Shown: in pieces, positions 1-10,417 of the stretch
How the letters are laid out: the number at the start of each line of letters is the position of its first letter
Position numbering within the stretch: position 1 is the first letter of the stretch
NCBI GenBank assembly: GCA_965200295.1
Contig: OZ241347.1
Span: 2,615,272-2,679,271, forward strand
DNA from: Gammaproteobacteria bacterium
Lineage (GTDB): Bacteria; Pseudomonadota; Gammaproteobacteria; Eutrophobiales; Eutrophobiaceae
DNA length: 64,000 bases
Direction: 5' to 3'
Made by a program: the position numbers and the translations under genes
The notes under the pieces: generated by a model
What the model saw: the letters and a program-made list of their open reading frames with translations, nothing else
Databases searched by the model: none
What the model was told of the DNA's origin: nothing

Positions 1-39
1 AGAGGTGGCCTTGACTCATAACTTACAACCGGACCTGAC

Positions 40-1161
40 ATGAGTATTGACATAATTAACCTGGCAGCTCCCGGCATCGCCGGCTTGCCTACCTACAAAC
101 CCGGCAAGTCTGCCGAAGAGGTGGGGCGGGAACTCGGCTTGCAGCATGTGATCAAGCTGGCTTCGAATGAAAATTCCTTGGGTCCCAGCGCCAGGGTGCT
201 GACTGCCTTAGCAGACGGCAGCTTCGACCTGTGCCGTTATCCGGACGGTTCCGGTGCGGCGCTGAAGCGGGCGCTGGCGGACTATCACGGCATTACCCCC
301 GCGCAAATCACTCTGGGTAACGGTTCCAACGATGTGCTGGAACTGGCTGCGCGCTGCATCGTGACCAACGCCCATGAGGTAATCTATTCGGAAAACGCCT
401 TCATCGTCTATCACCTGGCAACCCATTCCATCGGCGCCACGCCGGTGGTCATACCCACCCGTGAGCATAAGCACGACCTGACCGCAATGGTGGACGCCGT
501 CACGCCGCGCACCCGTCTGATCTTCCTGGATAACCCGGGCAATCCGACCGGCAGCTGGATCGACCGGGCGCAGTTGCGCGCGTTCCTGGAGGCGGTGCCG
601 GAAAACGTGATCGTGGTTGTTGACGAGGCCTATTACGAGTATGGCGCGTCACTGCGCGCGGACTACCCGAATTCGATTGAATACCTGCCGGACTTCCCCA
701 ACCTGGTCACCACCCGCACCTTTTCCAAAGCCTATGGCCTGGCCGGGCTGCGGGTCGGTTACGCCGTCAGTCACCCCGAGTTGGCGGATTTGATGAACCG
801 GGTGCGGCAACCGTTCAATGTCAACACCCTGGCCTTGCTGGCCGCCGAGGTCGCCTTGCAGGACCAGGAGCACCTGCGCCGTGGCGTAGCCTTGAACGCG
901 CAAGGCATGGCCGACCTCACCGCAGCGTTTGCCCGGTTGGGACTGAACTGGTTTGAATCCATCGCCAACTTCGTCAGCTTCGACCTGGGCCGACCGGCAC
1001 ACGCCGTGTATCAGGCGCTACTGCACGAAGGCGTCGTGGTGCGTCCCATCGTCGAATACGGCCTGCCCGACCACCTGCGCGTCACCATCGGCCAGGAACA
1101 CGAAAACACTATGTTTGTCAAGGCACTGGAGAAGGTTTTAGAGGCTGGAAATGCGGCCTAG
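40..1161 (+). CDS. hisC: histidinol-phosphate aminotransferase (class II PLP aminotransferase)
   Basis: 373 aa; aminotransferase I/II fold motifs (SNENSLGPS, KAYGLAGLRVGY); upstream of tyrA-aroA as in many proteobacteria. Confidence 0.85.
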   Translation: MSIDIINLAAPGIAGLPTYKPGKSAEEVGRELGLQHVIKLASNENSLGPSARVLTALADGSFDLCRYPDGSGAALKRALADYHGITPAQITLGNGSNDVLELAARCIVTNAHEVIYSENAFIVYHLATHSIGATPVVIPTREHKHDLTAMVDAVTPRTRLIFLDNPGNPTGSWIDRAQLRAFLEAVPENVIVVVDEAYYEYGASLRADYPNSIEYLPDFPNLVTTRTFSKAYGLAGLRVGYAVSHPELADLMNRVRQPFNVNTLALLAAEVALQDQEHLRRGVALNAQGMADLTAAFARLGLNWFESIANFVSFDLGRPAHAVYQALLHEGVVVRPIVEYGLPDHLRVTIGQEHENTMFVKALEKVLEAGNAA

Positions 1162-1173
1162 GCGGGGCTTGTA

Positions 1174-2052
1174 GTGGCGCTGTTTGAGAAGGTCGCCATA
1201 GTCGGCCTGGGGCTTATCGGCGGATCGCTGGCACGGGCCTTGCGGCGCGCTGATCAGTGCGCTTCGATAAGCGCTTACGGGCGCCGCGCCGCGGCGTTGC
1301 AGCAGGCCGTGGAGCAGGGCATCATCGACCATTACTGCCTGGATGTGCGAGCAGCAGTGCGCGGCGCCGACCTGGTGGTGCTGGCGACGCCACTGTCCAC
1401 CACTGAACCGCTGTTACGGGCTATGCGCGAGGTCTTGCAGCCAGGCTGCATCATCACCGATGTTGGCAGCGCCAAGGGCGTGGTGGTTGCTGCGGCCAGG
1501 GCCGCGCTCAGCCCTGAGCAACTGGCCCTGTTTGTCCCGGCCCATCCTATCGCGGGCACTGAGCAGAGCGGCGTGGAAGCGTCATTCGCCGAGTTGTTCG
1601 AAGACCATGTCGTCATCACCACGCCATTGGCCGAGACTGACCGCGCGGCCGTGCAGCGTATTACGCAGCTGTGGCAGGGAACCGGCGCGCGCGTGGTTGA
1701 GCTCAGCGTCGAACACCATGACGAAGTGCTGGCCGCAACCAGCCACCTGCCGCATGTGCTGGTTTATACCCTGATAGATTGTCTGGCGCGGCTGCAGGAT
1801 CAGGCCGAAATCTTCGCCTATGCCGCCGGCGGCTTTGCCGATTTCACCCGGGTTGCCTCCAGCAGCCCGGAAATGTGGCGCGATATCTGCCTGGCCAATG
1901 CCGACCCGTTGCTCACAGTTCTGGACCGGTTTGAAGAGCACCTGCAAGACGCCAGACAAGCCATTGCCGCTGCCGACGGCGCGCGCTTGTTGGAGATTTT
2001 CAGTCGCGCCAAGCAATGCCGGGATGACTTTGCGCAAGCCAGGGGGCGGTAG
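1174..2052 (+). CDS. tyrA: prephenate/arogenate dehydrogenase
   Basis: GTG start; N-terminal Rossmann motif VAIVGLGLIGGSLA; placed between hisC and aroA. Confidence 0.85.
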   Translation: MALFEKVAIVGLGLIGGSLARALRRADQCASISAYGRRAAALQQAVEQGIIDHYCLDVRAAVRGADLVVLATPLSTTEPLLRAMREVLQPGCIITDVGSAKGVVVAAARAALSPEQLALFVPAHPIAGTEQSGVEASFAELFEDHVVITTPLAETDRAAVQRITQLWQGTGARVVELSVEHHDEVLAATSHLPHVLVYTLIDCLARLQDQAEIFAYAAGGFADFTRVASSSPEMWRDICLANADPLLTVLDRFEEHLQDARQAIAAADGARLLEIFSRAKQCRDDFAQARGR

Positions 2053-2059
2053 TCTGGTA

Positions 2060-3373
2060 ATGGAACAGCAGCGTCGGCTCGACTACCTCATCCATCCCGC
2101 GACCTCGGCGTTGCAAGGCAGGATACAGGTACCCGGCGATAAATCCATTTCTCACCGGGCCGTGATATTGGGCGCGCTGGCTGCCGGCGCCAGCGAATGC
2201 CGTGGTTTTCTGGACAGCGCCGACACCCGCGCTACCATGGCTGCATTGCGGCAGATGGGGGTACAGATGAGCCTGGAGGGTGAACACCTGTGCGTAAACG
2301 GAGTTGGCTTGCACGGGCTGTCAGCGCCGCCCGCGGCGCTGGATCTGGGCAATTCCGGCACCTCCGCGCGCCTGCTGTTGGGCGTGCTGGCCGGACAGCG
2401 ATTTTCCACCACCTTGTGCGGGGATGAATCATTGCAGCGCCGGCCGATGCGACGCGTGGCCGATCCGCTGAATGCGATGCAGGCCGAGGTGCAAATCACC
2501 CCGGACGGCGCCTTGCCGGCGCGCATTACCGGCAACCGGCGCCTGCGCGCAATCCGCTATGAGTTGCCCGTCGCCAGCGCCCAACTGAAGTCGGCGTTGC
2601 TGTTGGCAGGCCTGTACGCAGAGGGTGAAACCGTTCTCACCGAACCGGCGCCGACCCGCGACCATACGGAACGCATGCTGGCGCATTTTGGTTGCCCGAT
2701 CGCTCGTGCGGGCGTACAGCTCAGGCTCAGCAGCCGCCCGTTACAGGCCAACGCGCTGCAAATCCCCGGCGATATTTCCTCCGCCGCGTTCCTGCTGGTC
2801 GCAGCCAGTATCGTGCCTGGTTCCGATGTGCTGATTGAAGGCGTCGGGCTCAACCCTACGCGTGACGCCGTGCTCGAAATTCTCAGACTGATGGGCGCCG
2901 ACCTCAGCCTTAACAACAGGGTCGAGGGCAACGGCGAACCGCGCGCCGACCTGCGGGTAAAATACCGGCCGTTACAGGGCATCACCATCCCGCCCGCACT
3001 GGTACCTGTCGCCATAGACGAATTCCCGGCCATCATGGCCGCGGCCGCCCATGCCCGTGGCGAGACCGTGTTGCACGGCGCCGCGGAATTACGCGTCAAG
3101 GAAAGCGACCGCATTGCCGCCCTGGCCGCGGGGCTGCAAAACCTGGGCCTGCGCGTGGCAACATCTCCCGACGGGCTGCGCGTCCAAGGTGGGCGCCCCG
3201 ACGCCGGCGTGGTGCACAGCTACGGCGACCACCGCATCGCCATGGCTTTCGCCATAACCGCCCTGGCCGCTACCGGCCCGGTTACCGTGCAAGACTGCAA
3301 AAATATCGACACCTCATTCCCCGGCTTTAGCGCGCGTTGCCGACAACTGGGCTGTGAAATCAGCGCAATATGA
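2060..3373 (+). CDS. aroA: 3-phosphoshikimate 1-carboxyvinyltransferase (EPSP synthase)
   Basis: internal ATG at 2060 (MEQQRRLDY...) follows the tyrA stop; EPSPS motifs GDKSISHR and LGNSGTSARLL. Confidence 0.9.
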   Translation: MEQQRRLDYLIHPATSALQGRIQVPGDKSISHRAVILGALAAGASECRGFLDSADTRATMAALRQMGVQMSLEGEHLCVNGVGLHGLSAPPAALDLGNSGTSARLLLGVLAGQRFSTTLCGDESLQRRPMRRVADPLNAMQAEVQITPDGALPARITGNRRLRAIRYELPVASAQLKSALLLAGLYAEGETVLTEPAPTRDHTERMLAHFGCPIARAGVQLRLSSRPLQANALQIPGDISSAAFLLVAASIVPGSDVLIEGVGLNPTRDAVLEILRLMGADLSLNNRVEGNGEPRADLRVKYRPLQGITIPPALVPVAIDEFPAIMAAAAHARGETVLHGAAELRVKESDRIAALAAGLQNLGLRVATSPDGLRVQGGRPDAGVVHSYGDHRIAMAFAITALAATGPVTVQDCKNIDTSFPGFSARCRQLGCEISAI

Positions 3374-3411
3374 TGTCTGGTATCAGCCCTTAAGGATACG
3401 GAACTCACAAC

Positions 3412-4119
3412 ATGACCATGAACAACGCGCCCGTCATCACCATAGACGGCCCTAGTGGCACCGGGAAGGGCACCTTGTGCAGTCGTCTCAGCCGCTGGCT
3501 GGGCTGGAACCTACTCGATAGCGGCGCCTTGTACCGGATCCTGGCTTTGCTGGGGCAGCGCGCCGGCTTGCCGGTGACGGATGCCGACGGGGTCGCAGCG
3601 CTGGTGTGGGAGCGGTTTCCTGAAGTGCAATTTACCGGCACGGGCGCAGACGATCCGGTGTCGGTGAGCCTTGATGGAGTTGACGTCGGCGCCCGTATCC
3701 GCCTGGAAGACTGTGGCAACGCAGCCTCCGCGCTGGCGGCGCACGGGGTCGTGCGTGCGTCCATACTGGCTTGGCAGCGCAGCTTTCAGCGCCCGCCCGG
3801 ACTGGTGACGGATGGGCGCGATATGGGCACCGTGGTGTTCCCGGATGCCGAATTGAAGATATTTTTGACGGCGAATCCCCGGGAACGTGCAAAAAGAAGA
3901 TATAACCAGTTGAGTGCAAAAGGGATTGATGTTAACCTAGCGGAGCTTGCAGAGGTGATTGCCGAACGGGACAGGCGGGACACCCGCCGGCGCCTGTCTC
4001 CCCTGAAACCGGCAGCCGACGCGGTTATTGTCGATACCTCCGGCAGCGGGAAGGATGAGGTGTTCGCACGGGTGACGCAGATCATCAGTAACCATAGCGA
4101 TTTGGGCCTGAACATTTGA
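3412..4119 (+). CDS. cmk: cytidylate kinase
   Basis: P-loop ITIDGPSGTGKGT; 235 aa; conserved aroA-cmk-rpsA order. Confidence 0.9.
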   Translation: MTMNNAPVITIDGPSGTGKGTLCSRLSRWLGWNLLDSGALYRILALLGQRAGLPVTDADGVAALVWERFPEVQFTGTGADDPVSVSLDGVDVGARIRLEDCGNAASALAAHGVVRASILAWQRSFQRPPGLVTDGRDMGTVVFPDAELKIFLTANPRERAKRRYNQLSAKGIDVNLAELAEVIAERDRRDTRRRLSPLKPAADAVIVDTSGSGKDEVFARVTQIISNHSDLGLNI

Positions 4120-4156
4120 CAACATTAAACATTAACACACTGAGATAACCTACTAA

Positions 4157-5839
4157 ATGACTGAAAGTTTTGCTGAATTATTTGAACAGAGCCAAGTCGA
4201 GACAAAAATGCGGCTTGGCGCTATTCTGAACGGGACCGTCGTTGACGTTTACCAGGATAACGTAATCGTCAGCGCCGGTTTGAAATCGGAGTCCTGGATA
4301 CCCATTGACCAGTTTTATGATGATCAGGGCGAGTTGGAAGTTGCTATCGGTGACGAGGTCGAAGTGGCGCTGGATGCAATAGAAGACGGGCATGGTGAAA
4401 CCCGGTTATCCAGGGAAAAGGCCAAACGGCTGATGGCATGGAACAAGCTGGAGCAGGTCCATGACGAAGATGGGACCGTGTCGGGCATGATCTCCGAGCG
4501 GGTGAAGGGTGGTTTCACCGTTGACGTGGAAGGCATCAGGGCGTTCCTGCCCGGGTCTCTGGTGGATGTGCGTCCGGTCAAGGATACCAGTTACCTGGAG
4601 GGCAAGCCGCTGGAGTTCAAGGTCATCAAGATTGACCGCAAGCGCAGCAACGTAGTGGTGTCGCGCCGGGCCGTGGTGGAAAGCGAAAACATCGCTGAGC
4701 GGCAAAACCTGCTGGACCGTCTGAAAGAAGGAGCCGTCGTCAGGGGCGTGGTCAAGAACCTGACGGATTACGGCGCCTTCCTGGACCTGGGAGGCATCGA
4801 CGGGTTGCTGCATATTACCGACATGGCCTGGAAGCGGGTTAAAGATCCCTCCGAGGTGGTCAGCATCGGCGATGAGATCGACGTCAAGGTGCTGAAGTTC
4901 GACCGTGAACGCAGCCGGGTATCGCTGGGCTTAAAGCAGATGGGTGATGACCCCTGGGGCGATCTGGCCAGACGTTTCTCCGAAGGTTCGCGGTTGCGCG
5001 GCGCGGTCACCAATCTGGCTGACTACGGTTGCTTCGTCGAATTGGAAGAAGGTGTGGAAGGGCTGGTGCATGTATCGGAAATGGACTGGACCAACAAAAA
5101 CATCCATCCCTCGAAACTGGTGCAAACGGGTCAGGAGGTGGATGTTGTGGTGCTGGATATCGACCAGGAACGCCGCCGCATCTCGCTGGGCATGAAACAA
5201 TGCCAACCGAATCCCTGGGAGGAGTTTGCCGCGCTGCATAACAAGGGCGACCGGGTGAGCGGGCAAATCAAGTCCATTACCGACTTCGGCATCTTTATCG
5301 GCCTGCCCGGCGGTATCGACGGTCTGGTGCATTTGTCGGATGTTTCCTGGATGGATGAGGGTGAGCAAGCCCTGAGGAATTACAAGAAAGGCACCCAGAT
5401 GGAAACGGTCGTGCTGGCCGTTGACACCGAGCGGGAACGCATTTCGCTGGGGATAAAGCAACTGGAAAGAGACCCGTTCACGTCTTATGTGGCAGAACAT
5501 CCCAAAGGGACTATCGTTACCGCCAAGGTGATGGCCGTTGAAACCAGATATATCATGGTTGAACTGGCGCAGGGAGTGGATGGGCAGCTGAAGGTATCCG
5601 AGTTGTCGGGAGATCAGAAAACCAGAGACGCAAAAAGCAGCGGCGTGAAAGAAGGGGATGAGCTCGAGGTCAAAATTACTGCCGTGGACAGAAAAAAACG
5701 CACTATTGCCGTCTCCGTAAGGGCGAAAGAATCAGACGAGGAGTCCGCGGCTATCAAGGAGTACACGCCGGATACTTCCTCCGGAGCAAAGCTGGGCGAC
5801 TTGTTGAAAAAGCACCTGGATAACGACGGCGGCAGCTGA
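4157..5839 (+). CDS. rpsA: 30S ribosomal protein S1
   Basis: 560 aa with six S1 repeats; highly conserved N-terminus [10 protein letters not shown]. Confidence 0.95.
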   Translation: MTESFAELFEQSQVETKMRLGAILNGTVVDVYQDNVIVSAGLKSESWIPIDQFYDDQGELEVAIGDEVEVALDAIEDGHGETRLSREKAKRLMAWNKLEQVHDEDGTVSGMISERVKGGFTVDVEGIRAFLPGSLVDVRPVKDTSYLEGKPLEFKVIKIDRKRSNVVVSRRAVVESENIAERQNLLDRLKEGAVVRGVVKNLTDYGAFLDLGGIDGLLHITDMAWKRVKDPSEVVSIGDEIDVKVLKFDRERSRVSLGLKQMGDDPWGDLARRFSEGSRLRGAVTNLADYGCFVELEEGVEGLVHVSEMDWTNKNIHPSKLVQTGQEVDVVVLDIDQERRRISLGMKQCQPNPWEEFAALHNKGDRVSGQIKSITDFGIFIGLPGGIDGLVHLSDVSWMDEGEQALRNYKKGTQMETVVLAVDTERERISLGIKQLERDPFTSYVAEHPKGTIVTAKVMAVETRYIMVELAQGVDGQLKVSELSGDQKTRDAKSSGVKEGDELEVKITAVDRKKRTIAVSVRAKESDEESAAIKEYTPDTSSGAKLGDLLKKHLDNDGGS

Positions 5840-5870
5840 CCCGGACGCACAAGAGCGAGGAATAGAATTC

Positions 5871-6152
5871 ATGACCAAATCTGAACTGATCGAAGCGTTG
5901 GCCCGGCAGCAGCCCCAGTTTACCTCCAGGGACATCGAATCGGCGGTGAAAACCATTCTGGAAGCCATGTCCCGGAGTCTGGCCAGTGGGGAGCGCATTG
6001 AGATTCGCGGGTTCGGTAGTTTTTCTCTTCATTACCGGCCGCCCAGAATGGGTCGTAACCCCAAATCCGGTGAGGCGGTGTCGCTACCGCCCAAGCACGT
6101 TCCTTATTTCAAACCGGGGAAGCTGTTGCGGGAACGCGTCGACCGGACCTGA
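5871..6152 (+). CDS. ihfB: integration host factor subunit beta
   Basis: 93 aa; conserved MTKSELIE...GFGSF; directly after rpsA. Confidence 0.9.
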   Translation: MTKSELIEALARQQPQFTSRDIESAVKTILEAMSRSLASGERIEIRGFGSFSLHYRPPRMGRNPKSGEAVSLPPKHVPYFKPGKLLRERVDRT

Positions 6153-6162
6153 GGGCCCGTTG

Positions 6163-6444
6163 ATGTTCTACGTTAAGCTGACGCTGGCCCTGTGCATTGT
6201 CTTGGCCGGGCTGGCGTTTCATGTCCGTAACGCACAGCCGGTGGTTATTGATTTCTATCTGGCCAGCTATGAAATACCCATGTCCCTGCTTGTCGCCGTT
6301 GCTCTGCTTATCGGCGCCCTCCTGGGGGTCTTAGCGAGCCTGCCCGCCCGCTTGAAACTGCAACGCGACAAGGCCAGACTTGGCAGGGAACTCAAAAAGA
6401 TTCAGCCTCAAGGGCAGGATCCATCCGTAGATGATGCAGATTAA
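6163..6444 (+). CDS. lapA: lipopolysaccharide assembly protein LapA-like (DUF1049) small inner-membrane protein
   Basis: internal ATG at 6163 (MFYVKLTLALC...); two TM helices; position after ihfB typical of lapA/yciS. Confidence 0.65.
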   Translation: MFYVKLTLALCIVLAGLAFHVRNAQPVVIDFYLASYEIPMSLLVAVALLIGALLGVLASLPARLKLQRDKARLGRELKKIQPQGQDPSVDDAD

Positions 6445-6478
6445 CGCAGATATTTTTGTAACTACTCGCCCCCTGGTC

Positions 6479-6504
6479 GTCATTCCTGCATTCGCAGGAA
6501 TGAC
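6479..6504. terminator. perfect 11-bp-stem inverted repeat (gtcattcctgc-attc-gcaggaatgac) in the lapA-mfd spacer
   Basis: seen directly; no T-run follows, so it may be a REP-like hairpin rather than an intrinsic terminator. Confidence 0.3.
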
Positions 6505-6575
6505 GGTGAGGAGAGCGGAACAACCTGAAAACTCTTCTTAAAACATCTGCGTTATCTGCGCATAAACTCCATTTC

Positions 6576-9500
6576 ATGTCAGTAAGTCCTCTGCAGCCTG
6601 TGGTGCCGGTGACGGCGCGTGAACGGGTAGTCTGGGAAGGGTTGCCCGGGTGCGGTAAGGCGTTGGCGTTGGCGACAGCAGCCCGGGAACGGGACTCGCT
6701 GTTTGTAGTGATTGCCGCAGACCAGGCCGGCGCGCAGAGGCTCATGGAAGAGTTGGCTTTTTTCAATTCGCCCGGTTCAGGGCTGCCCCTGCGCTCATTC
6801 CCGGACTGGGAGACGCTCCCCTACGATCGCTTTTCCCCCTATCAGGATATCGTTTCCGAACGGCTGGCGACACTGGTGGAACTGCGCGCCATGCGCGCCG
6901 GTATCCTGGTCGTGGCCGTGTCCACCCTGATGCAACGCCTGCCGCCCGCGGCTTACCTGCATGCGCACAGCCTCATGCTGCGCGCCGGGCAGGTCTTAGA
7001 TACAGACAATTTCCGGCAGGAACTGGAGCATAACGGTTATCGGAGTGTGTCCCAGGTCATGGAACATGGCGATGTGGCTGTGCGTGGTTCGATTATCGAT
7101 ATTTACCCCATGGGCGCCGACACGCCGTTCCGGCTTGACCTGTTGGACAATGAGATCGACAGCATTCGTACTTTCGATGCCGAGACGCAACGCTCTCTGC
7201 AGCAAATGCGCGAACTCCGGGTACTGCCGGCTCGGGAAGTACCGTTGACTGCGGCTGCCATTGATCTGTTTCGCAGCAACTGGCGCCAGCGCTTTGCCGG
7301 TAATCCCGGCAACAACCCGGTGTACAACGACGTCAGTAACGGTATTGCCCCGGCCGGCATTGAGTACTACCTGCCCTTGTTCTACGACCATACCAGCGGT
7401 CTTAAGGATTATTTCCCGGCCAACCCCACCATGGTGCCGGATGAGGGCGTTTACGCCGCGGCGCAGGCCTTCCATGAGCTGGCGCAGACCCGTTATGAGC
7501 AGGGGCAACATGACAGTGAGCGCCCGTTGCTGGCGCCGGCGGAGCTGATTTACTCGCCGCTGCAGCTGTTCGAGTTGTTGGCGCCCTATCCGCAAATCCA
7601 CCTCGGCGCTACCGGTCTTGACTCCGGCGCTGTAAAAACTGTGCGCTACCACGCCACCGCGCCGCAGAAATATCCCGTCAATGCGCGCGCGCAGGACCCC
7701 CTGGCTTTGTTGCGCGCGTTCATGCAGGAGTTTGACGGACGTATGCTGCTGGTGGCGGAGTCGCTGGGCCGCCGTGAAACGATCCTGGAATTATTTCAGG
7801 CTGAAAAAACCAGGCCGTCCCCATGCCGGGACTGGGATGAGTTCCGGGCCGGCAACACGCGCTTTGGCCTGACCGTGGCGCCGCTGGAACGAGGGGTGAC
7901 ACTGGCGCGTACGGGTATTGCCATCATCAGCGAGACGCAGTTGTTCGGTGAGCGGGTGCAACAGCGCCGGTTACGAAAAAAAGCCCGACATCTCACTGAC
8001 TCCATTGTCAACAACCTGACCGAGTTATCCATAGGCGCGCCGGTGGTGCATGAGGAACACGGCGTGGGACGTTATCAAGGCCTGGTCACACTCACGGTGA
8101 ACGAGCTGGATACGGAATTCATCTGCCTGGAATACGACCAGGGCGACAAGTTGTATGTGCCGGTGACGGCGCTGGACCGGGTCAGCCGCTTTGTCGGCGC
8201 AGATGCCGAACAGGCGCCCTTGCATCGGCTTGGCAGCGGCCATTGGCTCAAGGCGAAACAAAAAGCCTTGAAACGGGTCTATGACGTGGCTGCGGAATTA
8301 CTGGCATTACATGCCCGCCGCGCCGCGCAGCAGGGGCATGAATTTCGTGTGGATAACAATGCCTATCAGGCATTTGCTCAGGACTTTCCCTTTGAAGAAA
8401 CACCGGGCCAGGCTGAAGCCATCGCCAAGGTGCTGGAGGACATGCGCGCGCAAACCCCTATGGATCGGCTGATCTGTGGCGATTCCGGCTTCGGCAAGAC
8501 CGAAGTGGCCATGCGCGCCGCATTTATCGCGGTGGAAAACCACAAGCAGGTAGCTGTGCTGGCGCCCACCACCTTGCTCGCGCAGCAGCATTACCGTAAT
8601 TTCAGCGACCGCTTCGCAGACTGGCCGGTGCGGCTGGCAGCGCTGTCCCGGTTTGTCTCGCGCAAAGACCAGACTGCGATTTGTGCGGATCTGAACACCG
8701 GCAAAATCGACATCGTCATCGGCACGCATAAATTGCTGCAGGACGGGCTGGCCTTCCACAATCTCGGTCTGATCATCATTGATGAGGAACACCGTTTCGG
8801 GGTGCGGCAAAAGGAAAAACTGAAGTCCTTGCGCGCCCAGGTCGATGTTCTGACGCTGACCGCCACGCCCATCCCGCGCACACTTAACCTGGCCTTGTCT
8901 GACTTGCAGTCCCTGTCCATTATCGCCACGCCGCCGTCGCGACGCCTGCCGATAAAAATTTTTATCAGGGAGTGGGATGAGGTGTGGCTGGCCGAGGCCA
9001 TGTTGCGCGAGCTCAAGCGCGGCGGGCAGGTGTATTTTGTGCATAATGAGATCAGCAGCATAGAAAAAACCGCCAACGAGGTCGCCAGACTGGCGCCGGA
9101 TGCCCGACTGCGCATTGCGCACGGGCAGATGCCGGAGCAACAACTGGAACAGGTAATGCTGGACTTCTACCACCAGCGCTTTAACGTGCTGGTGTGCACC
9201 ACTATTATCGAGACCGGCATCGACGTGCCCAGCGCCAACACCATCATCATCAACCGCGCCGACAAGTTCGGGTTGGCGCAACTGTACCAGTTACGCGGCC
9301 GGGTCGGACGTTCCCACCACCGCGCCTACGCCTACCTGGTGAAACCGGACCGGGGCGCGGTCAGCGACAGCGCGGCGCGGCGTTTCGAGGCCATGGCGGC
9401 GCTGGAGGAGCTGGGTACAGGCTTTACCCTGGCGACGCACGATATGGAAATTCGCGGCGTGGGCGAGATCCTGGGCGATGAGCAGAGCGGCCATGTACAG

Positions 9501-10034
9501 GAAGTAGGGTTTGGCCTGTACATGAACCTGCTGGAACGGGCCGTGGCTTCGCTCAAGGCCGGGCGCCAACCGGAACTGGACCGCCCGCTGGACCACGGCA
9601 CGGAAATAGACCTGCATGTCCCCGCGCTGATACCGGCGGATTACCTGCCCGACGTACACACCCGGCTGGTCATGTACAAGCGCATCGCCGGGGCCGATGC
9701 CGAGCGCGCGCTGTGGGACCTGCAGGAAGAATGTATAGACCGCTTCGGCCTGCTGCCGGAGGCGCTCAGGAATCTGTTCCGCATCGCCCAACTCAAGCAA
9801 GGCGCCCAAGCCCTGGGGATACGCAAGATTGACTTAGCCGCCAAGGGCGGCCGCATACAGTTTGACGAGAACGCAGAGTTCGACCGGGTAAGGCTGATCA
9901 AACTGATCCAGGCTCACCCCGGCCGATACAAATTCGCCCAGGGCGGCAAACTCAGCATCAACCACGAGCTCGCCGACGCCGCCGCGCGCTTCAGTTTTCT
10001 TGAAGGTTTTTTAGGCGAACTAGCCCAACCTTAA
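6576..10034 (+). CDS. mfd: transcription-repair coupling factor
   Basis: 1152 aa; UvrB-homology N-terminus; DEAD/DEAH helicase motifs (GDSGFGKTEVA, DEEHRFG); TRG/TRCF C-terminus. Confidence 0.95.
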   Translation: MSVSPLQPVVPVTARERVVWEGLPGCGKALALATAARERDSLFVVIAADQAGAQRLMEELAFFNSPGSGLPLRSFPDWETLPYDRFSPYQDIVSERLATLVELRAMRAGILVVAVSTLMQRLPPAAYLHAHSLMLRAGQVLDTDNFRQELEHNGYRSVSQVMEHGDVAVRGSIIDIYPMGADTPFRLDLLDNEIDSIRTFDAETQRSLQQMRELRVLPAREVPLTAAAIDLFRSNWRQRFAGNPGNNPVYNDVSNGIAPAGIEYYLPLFYDHTSGLKDYFPANPTMVPDEGVYAAAQAFHELAQTRYEQGQHDSERPLLAPAELIYSPLQLFELLAPYPQIHLGATGLDSGAVKTVRYHATAPQKYPVNARAQDPLALLRAFMQEFDGRMLLVAESLGRRETILELFQAEKTRPSPCRDWDEFRAGNTRFGLTVAPLERGVTLARTGIAIISETQLFGERVQQRRLRKKARHLTDSIVNNLTELSIGAPVVHEEHGVGRYQGLVTLTVNELDTEFICLEYDQGDKLYVPVTALDRVSRFVGADAEQAPLHRLGSGHWLKAKQKALKRVYDVAAELLALHARRAAQQGHEFRVDNNAYQAFAQDFPFEETPGQAEAIAKVLEDMRAQTPMDRLICGDSGFGKTEVAMRAAFIAVENHKQVAVLAPTTLLAQQHYRNFSDRFADWPVRLAALSRFVSRKDQTAICADLNTGKIDIVIGTHKLLQDGLAFHNLGLIIIDEEHRFGVRQKEKLKSLRAQVDVLTLTATPIPRTLNLALSDLQSLSIIATPPSRRLPIKIFIREWDEVWLAEAMLRELKRGGQVYFVHNEISSIEKTANEVARLAPDARLRIAHGQMPEQQLEQVMLDFYHQRFNVLVCTTIIETGIDVPSANTIIINRADKFGLAQLYQLRGRVGRSHHRAYAYLVKPDRGAVSDSAARRFEAMAALEELGTGFTLATHDMEIRGVGEILGDEQSGHVQEVGFGLYMNLLERAVASLKAGRQPELDRPLDHGTEIDLHVPALIPADYLPDVHTRLVMYKRIAGADAERALWDLQEECIDRFGLLPEALRNLFRIAQLKQGAQALGIRKIDLAAKGGRIQFDENAEFDRVRLIKLIQAHPGRYKFAQGGKLSINHELADAAARFSFLEGFLGELAQP

Positions 10035-10042
10035 AGAAAATA

Positions 10043-10123
10043 TCAGTCAATCTTTAATACGCCGTAAAGCAGGACAGCCACATAAAAGGCTACACTTGCC
10101 GTCAGGGCTATAAAGGCAATCAT
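10043..10123 (-). CDS. small hydrophobic peptide (26 aa, MIAFIALTASVAFYVAVLLYGVLKID), copy 1
   Basis: ATG preceded by AGGAAA 5 nt upstream; single predicted TM helix; tandem paralog of the next peptide. Confidence 0.4.
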   Translation of the reverse strand: MIAFIALTASVAFYVAVLLYGVLKID

Positions 10124-10158
10124 ATTTTTCCTGCATGCTTCATATTACAGCGTGTCAA

Positions 10159-10236
10159 TCAAATTGTCAGTGCGCCGTAAAGCAGAACACCAACAAAAAA
10201 GACTGCACATGCTGTCAATGCAATAAATGCCATCAT
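10159..10236 (-). CDS. small hydrophobic peptide (25 aa, MMAFIALTACAVFFVGVLLYGALTI), copy 2
   Basis: ATG preceded by GAGAGGTGG; paralog of copy 1 (about 60% identical) with the conserved core AFIALTA...LLYG. Confidence 0.4.
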   Translation of the reverse strand: MMAFIALTACAVFFVGVLLYGALTI

Positions 10237-10387
10237 GTCTTGCCCACCTCTCTGATATGTTTTTGAATGCGTAGAAAAAGTACTAAATTGGCGCATCCCA
10301 ACATGGAAAGAAGCGCCACACCCGCCCAAAAAACCTCATTGATATTGTCAGACAGGTACAAACTCACCAGCCCGCTTATTATAAGGG

Positions 10388-10417
10388 AACCTCTAAAAAT
10401 GCCCTCCGTGGCATTTT
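10388..10417. repeat. left piece of a palindromic MITE-like element (cctctaaaaatgccctccgtggcatttt) interrupted by the IS110 element
   Basis: the right arm stops after ggcatttt; the missing tagag... resumes at 12204. Confidence 0.7.

Noticed and set aside
208-9809. Many 60-320-aa ORFs on the opposite strand or alternative frames of hisC, tyrA, aroA, rpsA, mfd, dnaE, pntB and others
   Set aside because: They are typical high-GC shadow ORFs: no homology patterns, entirely embedded in strongly supported genes, and Arg/Ala/Pro-rich.
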